A stretch of DNA of 58,663 nucleotides from Candidatus Woesearchaeota archaeon (GTDB lineage: Archaea; Nanobdellota; Nanobdellia; Pacearchaeales; GW2011-AR1). The position numbers were made by a program, and so were the translations under genes. The DNA is taken from the NCBI GenBank assembly GCA_964485325.1, contig CAZAIT010000001.1:1-58663 (forward strand), written 5' to 3'. The notes under the pieces are model-generated. The model made no database searches. It saw nothing but the letters and a program-made list of their open reading frames with translations, and had not been told where the DNA came from. Shown here piece by piece: positions 27,575-36,264 of this stretch (its first letter is position 1; each line of letters begins with the position of its first letter).

Positions 27575-28429
27575 TGTAAATTTTATTCCAGTTGCTTTTT
27601 TTATAAGTCCCTTTTTGTTTTCTAAAATATCTTCTTTTTTTGATTTTTTTAAATATTGTTTAATCAGTTTTTTCTTTTTAGCTATACTTATATTTTGATT
27701 TGTATGCGGTCCTCCGATACATCCACCTTTACAAAATAAACAGTCGAGAAAAAGAATTTCTTTTTTAGGATTTTTTAAAAATGTCAATATATTTTGTGCT
27801 CCGTCTGTTATTTTAATTTGTTTTTTTGTCAGTATACCTTTTAGATGTGCTGTTTTTGAGAGTGCTCCTCCTAGTGGATATATTTTTGTATAATCGTTGT
27901 AAAATTTATCAAATTGCGTTTTAGAATTGTTCTCTTTTATTTTATATTTAACAAATAATTCTTTCAGTTGTTTAAAATCTATTACATAATCAACTTCTTT
28001 ATGTTGTTTAGCCTCTACTTTTTTGAAATCGCATGGCGACAAGAAAAATATTTTATATTTTGGAAAATATTTTCTACATATTTTTGACATTGCTATCATT
28101 GGAGAATCAATTTTTATGATTTGATTTTTTAATTCCGGATAATTATTTTCTATTGTTGTTACGCTTCCTGGACACGTTGACGCAATTAAAAGTTTCTTTG
28201 TTCTCTGGAGTTGTTTGTGATATTCTCTATTAATCATTTTTGCCCCAAAAGTCAATTCTACTACTTTGTCAAATCCTAATTTTTTTAATTGATGTATTAT
28301 AGATGGATATGAAAAATCTGTGACAAAACTTGGAGCAATCATAATTAGATTTTTTGTCTTGCTTTTTAGAACTTTTTCTATTTGTAGTATATTGTTTTTA
28401 TCTACCATCTTTGTTTTTATCTGCTCCAT
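27569..28429 (-). CDS. minimal [FeFe]-hydrogenase-like H-domain protein
   Basis: 286 aa. H-cluster-like motifs in the right order: ASTCPGSV (L1-like), LSPCDFKKVEA (L2-like), DCLFCKGGCIGGPH (L3-like). No N-terminal ferredoxin-like domain. Overlaps the OFOR beta gene by 13 nt. Confidence 0.6.
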   Translation of the reverse strand: MEQIKTKMVDKNNILQIEKVLKSKTKNLIMIAPSFVTDFSYPSIIHQLKKLGFDKVVELTFGAKMINREYHKQLQRTKKLLIASTCPGSVTTIENNYPELKNQIIKIDSPMIAMSKICRKYFPKYKIFFLSPCDFKKVEAKQHKEVDYVIDFKQLKELFVKYKIKENNSKTQFDKFYNDYTKIYPLGGALSKTAHLKGILTKKQIKITDGAQNILTFLKNPKKEILFLDCLFCKGGCIGGPHTNQNISIAKKKKLIKQYLKKSKKEDILENKKGLIKKATGIKFTS

Positions 28430-29205
28430 TTATCTTGTAATGTTAATTCTTTTGATTGGTAAATTATACCTAGCGGAATTTTTCCAGATTTTGAATTATA
28501 ATTAAATTCTTCAGCTAATTTCTCTGCAGCCTTTTTGCTTCTATTGTCTTTTATTTTATACATTTGTTTATCTTTACCATTTGCTTCTATATTAAAAATT
28601 AAACAATCTTGGATTACTTCGATAAATGAAAATCCTTTATGGGCAATTGCTTTTGTCATCATTTCAACCATGTGAGGAATGTCTCGTGCATTAGTTCTAG
28701 CTACGAAAGTTGCATTTGATGCTAGTGCAAGTTTTATTGGATTCATCGGTTTGTCAAATACTCCTAATGGCTGTGATTTTGAGGTATACCCTTGTTGGGA
28801 AGTTGGTGTTGGTTGTCCGGTTGTCAGAGAGAAAGATTGGTTGTCGTGTAAAACTAGAGTCATATCAGCGTTGTATTTGAAAGCATGAATAAAATGAGAA
28901 ATTCCTTCTGAATATACAGCTCCATCTCCAGCGAATGTTAAAACCTTTAGATTTGGGTTTCCGAGCGTTATTCCTATTGCGGTTGGTATTGCCCTACCAT
29001 GAAGACAATTTATTCCAGAAAGGTTTAGATAATCAAATATTTTTGCATGGCAACCTATATCTGTGGTGATTGCGAAGTCCGTTTGTTTATTTTTTTTTGA
29101 CTCAATTAATTTTGTTAGAGTTTGTTTTACACTTTCCAATATCATGAAGTTTGGACAGCCTGGGCACCAGGTATTTTCAGATTGAGTTGATAGATTTGGT
29201 TTCAT
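28417..29205 (-). CDS. 2-oxoacid:ferredoxin oxidoreductase, beta (TPP-binding) subunit
   Basis: WCPGCPNF, DIGCHAK, FAGDGAVYSEG (TPP motif). Confidence 0.88.
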   Translation of the reverse strand: MKPNLSTQSENTWCPGCPNFMILESVKQTLTKLIESKKNKQTDFAITTDIGCHAKIFDYLNLSGINCLHGRAIPTAIGITLGNPNLKVLTFAGDGAVYSEGISHFIHAFKYNADMTLVLHDNQSFSLTTGQPTPTSQQGYTSKSQPLGVFDKPMNPIKLALASNATFVARTNARDIPHMVEMMTKAIAHKGFSFIEVIQDCLIFNIEANGKDKQMYKIKDNRSKKAAEKLAEEFNYNSKSGKIPLGIIYQSKELTLQDKWSR

Positions 29206-30725
29206 AACATTCCCTTGATTAATTTATTTAATTCGTCTGAGTGAAAAGGCCGGCCGTTGTATTTCAATAATCTATTTTCAATTTTTATTCCAGTTTTTTC
29301 TCTAATTAATCTTCCTAGCTGTCCGGTAACATTGCATTCCACTAAGATTATTTTTGAAGCTTTTTCCAATTCTTCTTTTATTTGTGGAGACAATGGTTTG
29401 CAATATAATACCTGTAGAAATTTTGCATCTAAATCTTTTATAGCGTCTTTGATAGCGCCAGAAGTAGAACCCCAACCTATAACTAAATTTTTAGATTTTT
29501 TATTTCCATGAATTTTTATCATTTCGAAATTTTTCTCAATGAATTTTTTTGAATCTCTATATTTTGTTATTCGCTTGTTTATGTTTGCCTCAGTTAAAGT
29601 ATATGATTCGGTTGAATTTCCGAGTTTGTCGGTTTCGTATGATGAATTTTTAACTAAGCTTTTTCCAGGTATTTTTCTTGTTATTTTAAATTGTGGTGTT
29701 TTATTTGGTTTTATATTAGAAGAAAATTCTGATTCTGCTAAATGTTTGTCGCTAAGGATTACTGATAAGGTTCTAAATTTTTCTGCTAAATAAAGTGCTT
29801 CTGATGTTTTTTCTATGGTTTCAATTGGATTACCAGGAGCTATAACTATCCTTGGAAATTCTCCATGTCCCGCTCTAAGAGCTATATCTAAATCTGATTG
29901 TGCTGTATAAGTTGGAACTCCAGTTCCTGGTCCGGGTCTTGATGCTAAATAAACAGTTAAGGGAATTTCAGATATTCCTTGTAAGGAAAAAGATTCACTC
30001 ATTAAATCAAATCCCCCACCGGATGTTCCAGTCATTGTTTTTATTCCTGTAAAAGAAGATCCTAATGCCATGCTTACAGCTCCGATTTCATTTTCTGCTT
30101 GGAAAACTGTCAAGTTATTTTTTATTTGATCTTTTGCAAGTTCGTTCATTACTCCAGTAGCTGGAGTCATTGGGTATGCGATATATAATTTTAGTTCAGA
30201 GTTTCTTGCACCTATTGCAACTGCTTGACTACCAGATAAAATTAGTGGTTTATTATTTAGTGGGTTTAATTGATAAATTATTTTTTGTGAATCAAATCCT
30301 TTTTTTGCGGAAACAATTGCTTCGTTGTGAATCTTAAATTGTAATTTAATTTCATCTTCTAATTTTTCTAAGGGAATACCAAGAATTTTTGCCAAAGCTC
30401 CTGCAAGAGCAATATTTAGATTTTGTTTTTCTTTTTTAAATTGATCTGCAGTGATTATTATTCCATTTTTTTTCAAAGCGTGTTCATGTGTTTTTATTGT
30501 TCTTTCGTCTAACGCTACTAAAATATCAACTGTTGCATCATGACTTTCTATTTGAGAATCAGAAACTGACAGAGTATTGAAATTGTGTCCTCCTCTAATT
30601 AAAGATTGATAATCTCGATAATTAAATGTAAAGTAACCGTATTTATTTAGAGTTCCTGCAATGATTCCAGAAACTTTATTTATACCCTGTCCCGCTTTTC
30701 CACCTATAATAATATTCAACCTCAT
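29202..30725 (-). CDS. 2-oxoacid:ferredoxin oxidoreductase, fused gamma-alpha subunit
   Basis: N-terminal gamma-like IIIGGKAGQGINKVSGII, then alpha-like YPMTPATGV and GTSGGGFDLM. Confidence 0.88.
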   Translation of the reverse strand: MRLNIIIGGKAGQGINKVSGIIAGTLNKYGYFTFNYRDYQSLIRGGHNFNTLSVSDSQIESHDATVDILVALDERTIKTHEHALKKNGIIITADQFKKEKQNLNIALAGALAKILGIPLEKLEDEIKLQFKIHNEAIVSAKKGFDSQKIIYQLNPLNNKPLILSGSQAVAIGARNSELKLYIAYPMTPATGVMNELAKDQIKNNLTVFQAENEIGAVSMALGSSFTGIKTMTGTSGGGFDLMSESFSLQGISEIPLTVYLASRPGPGTGVPTYTAQSDLDIALRAGHGEFPRIVIAPGNPIETIEKTSEALYLAEKFRTLSVILSDKHLAESEFSSNIKPNKTPQFKITRKIPGKSLVKNSSYETDKLGNSTESYTLTEANINKRITKYRDSKKFIEKNFEMIKIHGNKKSKNLVIGWGSTSGAIKDAIKDLDAKFLQVLYCKPLSPQIKEELEKASKIILVECNVTGQLGRLIREKTGIKIENRLLKYNGRPFHSDELNKLIKGML

Positions 30726-30822
30726 AATAAATTATGGGAGGGAAGTTATATAAAGTTTTGTTCGTATTTGGTTATATGAAAGTAAATCAATTTGATCTCC
30801 GAATCATTTTCGGTGAACAAAA

Positions 30823-31407
30823 ATGAAAGGAGTGATTGATAGTCTTGAGATCGTGAAAAGTTTGCCTATGCCTAAATGGAAAATTATTACGAAACATGAG
30901 GATTTGAGTACGTTTGGATTTCCTTGTTATTTGAAAGCTGATGTTATAGGACATAAAAGTGAAATGGGAGCGATTACTCGATGTGATAATTTAGAAGATG
31001 CAGAAAGAAAACTGAGAAAAATGCATTTATCTTTTTTTAAAAATAAAATTATTGTTCAAGAAAATATTGAGGGTATTGAGATGATTGTCGGTTTGAAGAG
31101 TGATGAAGTTTTTGGAAAGTTATTGGTTGTTGGGTTTGGCGGTATTTTTGCAGAAGTGAAAAGAGATGTTTCATTTCGAGCTTTACCTGTTTCCAGGAGA
31201 GATATAATTTCTATGATTAAAGAATTAAAAGGAGTTGAAATTTTTAGAGCACGAGGCAAAAAATACAATTTGGAAAAATTTGTATCTCTGGTAGAAAAAG
31301 TTTCATTATTAGGAGAAAAATTAGGTATTAAAGAATTAGATTTAAATCCAGTTATTTTAAATGAGAAAGAAAGTAAGGTTGTTGATGTGAGAGTTGAAAT
31401 TAATTAA
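30823..31407 (+). CDS. acdB: ADP-forming acetyl-CoA synthetase, beta (ATP-grasp) subunit
   Basis: ATP-grasp-like CYLKADVIGHKSEMGAI...VQENIEGIEMIVG...LDLNPV. Confidence 0.7.
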   Translation: MKGVIDSLEIVKSLPMPKWKIITKHEDLSTFGFPCYLKADVIGHKSEMGAITRCDNLEDAERKLRKMHLSFFKNKIIVQENIEGIEMIVGLKSDEVFGKLLVVGFGGIFAEVKRDVSFRALPVSRRDIISMIKELKGVEIFRARGKKYNLEKFVSLVEKVSLLGEKLGIKELDLNPVILNEKESKVVDVRVEIN

Positions 31408-32704
31408 CTATTTTTCCTAAAGTTTCACACATTTCTTTTGGCTCATCAAAGTTTATTATTTCATGTTTCTCCATAAACTTTTTTGCTCCTTTAATTTGCT
31501 TTTCTCCTAAGAAGCAAGTAAATATAGGTTTTCTAGCTTTTAGTAATGTCTTTGCTGTAAATAAACTTTCCGTCATTTTTTGTGGAGTTAATAGGATTAT
31601 AGAAAAATCAAAATTTTCTCTTTCTATAATTTGTAGGGCTTTCTCATAATCTTCTGCAGATGCGTCACCAATTAAATCAACTGGATTGTTGTGACTCCAA
31701 TTTGAAGGGAGTACTCTGTTTAGTCTGTCTATAGTTAATTTTTGAAGAGATGGAATTTTTATTTTATTTTCTTCGCAAGCATCGGTTGTTAAAACTCCGA
31801 GTCCTCCTGCATTAGTAATTATGCCAGCCTTGTTTCCTATTTTAGGATATTTTGTTAGTATTTTTGCAATAGCAAAAAGTTGTTTTATTGAGTCGGCTTG
31901 GATGCATCCTGCTTGTTTTAAAATTCCTTCGTAAACTCCGGCTTCGGATGCTAGTGCTGCAGTATGAGATTGTGCGGCTTTTTGGCCTGCATGAGATTTC
32001 CCTGCCTTCAATATCACGATTGGTTTTCTACATCTTTTACATGTTTCAATAAAATTTTGTCCGCGGCCTTTTTTTAAAGATTCAAGATAAATTGTAATCA
32101 CTTTTGTGTTTTTATCTTTGGAATAATATTCTATAAAATCAGAAAAATCAAGTTGCGCGGAATTTCCTACGGAAACAAATCCAGATAATTTTGTATCTGT
32201 ATCTAATATTGTTGAGCCTATTGCCCCAGATTGTGAAATGAAAGCTATTTCTCCTTGCTCAGGCATTCCTTCGAAATATGTTGTGTTAAGTTTTTGAAAA
32301 GGATCTATCAATCCGTATGAATTTGGGCCTAGTAATTTTATGTTAGCTTCTTCTGCAATTCTTACAATTTGTTTTTCTAGTTCTGTATTTCCTATTTCTG
32401 AAAATCCAGCTGATAGGATTATAGCGGACTCAATTTTTCTTTTTTGTGCTTGTCTTAAAATTGATGGTATAAGTTTTGAAGGAACTGCTATAACAATACA
32501 GTCTATTTGATATGGTATTTCAAATATATCTTTGTAAGAATGATGTCCTAAAATTTCTTCTGCTTTTGGATTAACAGGAAATACTTTTTTTTCGGAATAT
32601 AAAAGATTTTTGAAAACTGTGTATCCGACTTTTTTTGAATCACGACTTGCTCCGACTACTGTGAAAACCTTTGCATTAAAAAATTTGTCAACCTCTGTCA
32701 CCAT
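31400..32704 (-). CDS. acdA: ADP-forming acetyl-CoA synthetase, alpha subunit
   Basis: CoA-binding VVGASRDSKKVGYTVFKNL, GPNSYGL, ISQSGA, SHTAALAS (phosphohistidine loop). Confidence 0.85.
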   Translation of the reverse strand: MVTEVDKFFNAKVFTVVGASRDSKKVGYTVFKNLLYSEKKVFPVNPKAEEILGHHSYKDIFEIPYQIDCIVIAVPSKLIPSILRQAQKRKIESAIILSAGFSEIGNTELEKQIVRIAEEANIKLLGPNSYGLIDPFQKLNTTYFEGMPEQGEIAFISQSGAIGSTILDTDTKLSGFVSVGNSAQLDFSDFIEYYSKDKNTKVITIYLESLKKGRGQNFIETCKRCRKPIVILKAGKSHAGQKAAQSHTAALASEAGVYEGILKQAGCIQADSIKQLFAIAKILTKYPKIGNKAGIITNAGGLGVLTTDACEENKIKIPSLQKLTIDRLNRVLPSNWSHNNPVDLIGDASAEDYEKALQIIERENFDFSIILLTPQKMTESLFTAKTLLKARKPIFTCFLGEKQIKGAKKFMEKHEIINFDEPKEMCETLGKIVN

Positions 32705-32772
32705 AGTGGTTAAAATATGAGATGATATTTAAGGGTTGTGCTTGAGAATTATTTTTTATAGTAAATCTAAAT

Positions 32773-33090
32773 TTACATTAATCCATCTTCTCCAATCCCA
32801 GCATCTTCGGAATCGGTTTCCTTTGGTTCTGTTTCTGATAGAGTTTGTTCATCCTTTGCAGGTTCTTTCATATCTTCTGGAGAAATAGAATTAATCATAG
32901 TTTTGAAATCTTCGAATTTATCAGCAGGAATTCTTAATCCTTTTTTTGTAGGACCAGTATAAGTTTCGCTTTGTGTAAATTCTCTAATATCTACACCTAT
33001 TTTCCCGTTATATTCTTTAATACCCACGACAATTTCTGTTATAGTTCCTTGGTATTCACCTTTTTGGATTTTTCCAATTTCTTTTTCCAT
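32773..33090 (-). CDS. PC4/YdbC-like ssDNA-binding protein with acidic tail
   Basis: GVDIREFTQSETYTGPTKKGLRIPADKFEDF matches the PC4-fold core; Asp/Glu-rich C-terminus. Confidence 0.6.
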   Translation of the reverse strand: MEKEIGKIQKGEYQGTITEIVVGIKEYNGKIGVDIREFTQSETYTGPTKKGLRIPADKFEDFKTMINSISPEDMKEPAKDEQTLSETEPKETDSEDAGIGEDGLM

Positions 33091-33142
33091 GGACTAAATT
33101 AAATTATATCGTTTATAAGGATTTAGGTAATTAAAAATAAAA

Positions 33143-33222
33143 AGCGGAAGGCCAAAAAACCGAAGCTAATCAACCTTCCAATACTTAACCGAAGTCAAGC
33201 ATATCCAACCGAAGTTGAACAA
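33143..33222 (-). repeat. three tandem AACCGAAG (minus strand CTTCGGTT) units forming UUCG-tetraloop mini-hairpins
   Basis: AACCGAAG at 33158-33165, 33187-33194 and 33207-33214. On the minus strand: TTCAAC-TTCG-GTTGGA, TTGAC-TTCG-GTTAA, AGC-TTCG-GTT. An outer pairing, plus-strand GGAAGG (33146-33151) with CCTTCC (33174-33179), encloses the third hairpin. Confidence 0.5.
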
Positions 33223-33303
33223 AATAGATTGTATTTTATAGTTTATAAACTTTTTGGACTAATGTTTTAGTGGTTACAAGTTGTGATTTATGTGAAAAGA
33301 TTT

Positions 33304-33422
33304 ATGCTCACACCCTGCTCGCATTTTGCATCTCACAAAAATATTTAAAAATTGTTTTGCTCGAAGCGAAGATGCTCGGACATCGAAGGTTCGATTCTAA
33401 ATATACGCTCACACCCGGAATC
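33304..33422 (-). repeat. degenerate partial copies of the tRNA-Ser 3' end and its flank
   Basis: ACGCTCACACCCGGAATC at 33405-33422 is identical to 33515-33532 inside and just downstream of tRNA-Ser. A shorter GCTCACACCC copy is at 33306-33315. Confidence 0.6.
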
Positions 33423-33515
33423 TACTCAAACTTCACTCTAAAATTTTTCTAATTACTTCGTTGAGAAAAATTCGAGCAAAGATTTTCGCCGGGATAGTAC
33501 CCCGTTTCGATTAAA

Positions 33516-33596
33516 CGCTCACACCCGGAATCGAACCGGGGTACCCCGAAGGGTCCGCCTTAGCAGAGCGGTGCAATACCATTATGCGATGTGAGC
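33516..33596 (-). tRNA. tRNA-Ser (GCT)
   Basis: Reverse complement: acceptor GCTCACA/TGTGAGC, anticodon arm CCGCT-CTGCTAA-GGCGG, long variable arm CCC-TTCG-GGG, T arm CCCGG-TTCGATT-CCGGG. Confidence 0.8.
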
Positions 33597-33680
33597 CTAG
33601 ATTTTTTAGAACAATAAGTCTTTTAAATCTTTCCAGCAGATTTCTGAAAGGTTTTTATATGAGGAAGATTTTAGTTTTTG

Positions 33681-34883
33681 ATGAGTATTTCTGCTAGCAA
33701 ACAAAAGGGTGGTCCGCGTCTTACAGATATTGCAAAGCTTTCAATTGTAGGCATGATTGTTTCTTTAGCTTTTGCCTATGTAGGCACGATTTGGGCAGTG
33801 TATTTAGATAGCTTCGTTAATAATACCGCTATAGTTGGTTTCATCTCTGCTTTTTTAACAGTTATTGCTTTCTTAGCAGCTTTTTTCTTTGTGCCTATTA
33901 TTGAGAGAAAAAACAAATCTAGAATATATGCGTTTTCATTATTGTCGTTAGTTATTGCATATCTTTTGTTTGCATTTAATCGTGATTTTTATTTAATGAT
34001 TGCTATTGCAATTTTTATGACTCTTTTGTATTGTTTAAGAATTACCAGTTTTGGGATCCTTGTTAAAGATAATTCTTCAAGAAAATTACTGTCCAGAAAC
34101 GAAGGGATAATATATACGGCTAGTAATATTTCATGGGTTATTGGCCCTTTGATTGCAGGATATGTTCTTTCTGGGTTTGGGTTTAAAGGTGTTTTTCTTT
34201 TAGCAGCCCTTTTTATGTTTATAGGATTGTTTATTTTCAAATCTTTTGGGGTTAAAGGAGATGGCATGAAAAAGAGGTCTGATAAACATATGTTGAAGAA
34301 TTTTGTTGACTTTTTTTCTGATAAGCGTCGTTTAATTTCTTATATTTTGAGGTCTGGAGTGGGTGTGTGGTGGGTTTTGATTTATTTATTTATGCCTTTG
34401 AGAATAATTCATTCTGGATTAGATAAGCTTTGGATTGGATATTTTTTGTTTGCAATTGCTGTTCCTTTAATTCTTTCAGAATATTATTTTTCTGAGTGGG
34501 CGGGAAGACATGGATTTAAGAAAATTTTTAAGATAGGTTATTTCTTTGTCGCTACTATAGCAATTATTTGTTTCTTTGTTTCTAATATTTATGTTGTTTT
34601 GGGGCTATTGGTTTTGGCTAGTTTTGGAATGGCCATGCTGGAGCCTACTACTGAAGCGTATTTTTTTGATATTCTTAATGGGAAAGAGGAATATAGATTC
34701 TATGGGCCTTATAGTACTTCGATGTATTTTGGCTCCTTTATTGGTAGAATTTTTCCTTCGGTGTTATTGATTTTTTTACCGTTTAAATTTATTTTTCCTC
34801 TCTTTGGGGGTTTTATGTTATTCTTATTTTTCCTTTCTTTTAGAGCTAGTAATATTGTCGAATCTAAGAGAAAATCTTTTTAG
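33681..34883 (+). CDS. MFS-type transporter
   Basis: About 12 hydrophobic helices in a 6+6 arrangement with a basic central loop. ATG at 33681. Confidence 0.75.
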   Translation: MSISASKQKGGPRLTDIAKLSIVGMIVSLAFAYVGTIWAVYLDSFVNNTAIVGFISAFLTVIAFLAAFFFVPIIERKNKSRIYAFSLLSLVIAYLLFAFNRDFYLMIAIAIFMTLLYCLRITSFGILVKDNSSRKLLSRNEGIIYTASNISWVIGPLIAGYVLSGFGFKGVFLLAALFMFIGLFIFKSFGVKGDGMKKRSDKHMLKNFVDFFSDKRRLISYILRSGVGVWWVLIYLFMPLRIIHSGLDKLWIGYFLFAIAVPLILSEYYFSEWAGRHGFKKIFKIGYFFVATIAIICFFVSNIYVVLGLLVLASFGMAMLEPTTEAYFFDILNGKEEYRFYGPYSTSMYFGSFIGRIFPSVLLIFLPFKFIFPLFGGFMLFLFFLSFRASNIVESKRKSF

Positions 34884-34918
34884 CGCAATTCTTATAAAGT
34901 GGTTTTTTGTGGTTTTAT

Positions 34919-35178
34919 TGTAGGTCAGGTCGGCGAGCTAGCCCCTCGCTTTTCGCAAATGGGCTTTATGGCGGACTGCAAGGCAAGGCGTGAGATGAAG
35001 CGATCAATGTTGTTAATTTGACGTTGAAGTTTTGTCCTTTTTGATCTTGCCTTGATGAATTGGGTCAGGTCGGGAACGAAGCAGCCCTAAGTTAAGGTTT
35101 GGATGCTTAAAGGGTCGCAGAACTGAGGATAATTGAAAACCTCTTGGTCGTGAATTTGAGCAACTTGTCGGGCCTACA
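34919..35178 (+). ncRNA. signal recognition particle RNA (archaeal 7S type)
   Basis: GC-rich island in an AT-rich intergenic gap. Helix-8 motif GGGTCAGGTCGGGAACGAAGCAGCCCTAAG at 35062-35091. 5' TGTAGGTC pairs with 3' GGCCTACA. Alu-like loops CTAGCCCC and ATGGGC are complementary. Ends are approximate. Confidence 0.8.
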
Positions 35179-35212
35179 TTAATTTTATAAAGTTCTTCTC
35201 TATCTCTTTAGT

Positions 35213-35776
35213 ATGGTGATGGGTAAACGTGGTCAAATTTTTTTATTGGCAGCTGTTATAATTTCTGTTGTTGTGCTTAGCTTAGGTGCGACTACAAATA
35301 GAGCGATTATAAATAGCGAGCCTGATGATTTCTATAATTTTGGTTATGAGGTAAAAAGAGAGTCGAGCGCTGTTTTAGATTATGAAATTTATACTGGAGA
35401 AGTTTTAGAAGATGAAGGTATGGGAGAGTTTGCAGATTCTCTTATAAGGAATATTAAAGGAAAAGAATCAAAATCTAATTTTGTTGTTATCTATGGAAGC
35501 AACGTTACTGGAATTACAATAAAAGGAAAGTGGAAGGATTCTGAAACAACTGGCTTAATATCTTATAGAGGTACTAATATACCTATTAATGATGATGATT
35601 TTGATGAAAAATTTATAGATCCAAGAGATCTTGAGCCAGAAGATCTTGAGGATGAAACCAAATTAATTGTTACATTTGGAGATCAAGAATTTGAATTTCC
35701 GATTTTTGAGTATAAGCAAGTTATTTTTATAATACAAAAGGAAGTGGGTGATGAAAGTTTTATCTCTGTTAGGTAA
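35213..35776 (+). CDS. prepilin-like protein (class III signal peptide)
   Basis: MVMGKRGQIFLLAAVIISVVVLSL N-terminus; acidic globular remainder. Confidence 0.6.
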   Translation: MVMGKRGQIFLLAAVIISVVVLSLGATTNRAIINSEPDDFYNFGYEVKRESSAVLDYEIYTGEVLEDEGMGEFADSLIRNIKGKESKSNFVVIYGSNVTGITIKGKWKDSETTGLISYRGTNIPINDDDFDEKFIDPRDLEPEDLEDETKLIVTFGDQEFEFPIFEYKQVIFIIQKEVGDESFISVR

Positions 35777-36227
35777 GGACAAGAATGCTTTGAGTAATGT
35801 TGTAGGATATGTTTTGTTGATTTCTGTTACTATTTCAATTTCTGTTTTGGTGTTCGGTTGGTTACGTTTTTATGTTAGTGAATCTGATGTAGAAACTTGT
35901 CCTGATAATATTAATGTCATTATAGAAAATTATACTTGTCCTACTGGTGATGGTTTTAATGTTACTCTAAAAAATAAAGGATTATTTACAGTGGATGGAT
36001 ATGTATTAAGATTTCATAATAAGAGTAATGCAGAATTTGGATTTTATCTTCTCGATGGAGAGGGAGTAGCTATTAGTCCAGGAGAGAGCTTTGAAGAAAA
36101 ATATTCTTTTGGTGATAATCCAGGATTAGCAAATATAAAATTAATTGAAGTCCAGCCTTTCATTAATGATGATGATGAAAATAAAATAACTTGTAAATAT
36201 TATGCGTCACAAAGAGTTACTTGTTAG
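35751..36227 (+). CDS. archaeal pilin-like protein
   Basis: KNALSNVVGYVLLISVTISISVLVFGW N-terminal helix. Cys pair ETC...KITC. ATG at 35751. Confidence 0.6.
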   Translation: MKVLSLLGKDKNALSNVVGYVLLISVTISISVLVFGWLRFYVSESDVETCPDNINVIIENYTCPTGDGFNVTLKNKGLFTVDGYVLRFHNKSNAEFGFYLLDGEGVAISPGESFEEKYSFGDNPGLANIKLIEVQPFINDDDENKITCKYYASQRVTC

Positions 36228-36264
36228 TGGCTATATTTATAAATTATAAAAATCATATAATAAT

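Noticed and set aside
28320-29793. Plus-strand ORFs 28320-28505, 28679-28888, 29257-29511 and 29539-29793.
   Set aside because: Antisense to the well-supported OFOR and hydrogenase-like genes.
33405-33422. Idea that the tRNA-Ser-like fragment is a split-tRNA 3' half, as in Nanoarchaeum.
   Set aside because: Only the last 17 or so nucleotides (from within the T-loop to the discriminator) are present. There is no anticodon-arm half and no complementary leader.
33270-33452. 60-aa plus-strand ORF.
   Set aside because: It spans the tRNA-Ser 3'-end repeat copies. The translation has no features and is most likely non-coding repeat sequence.
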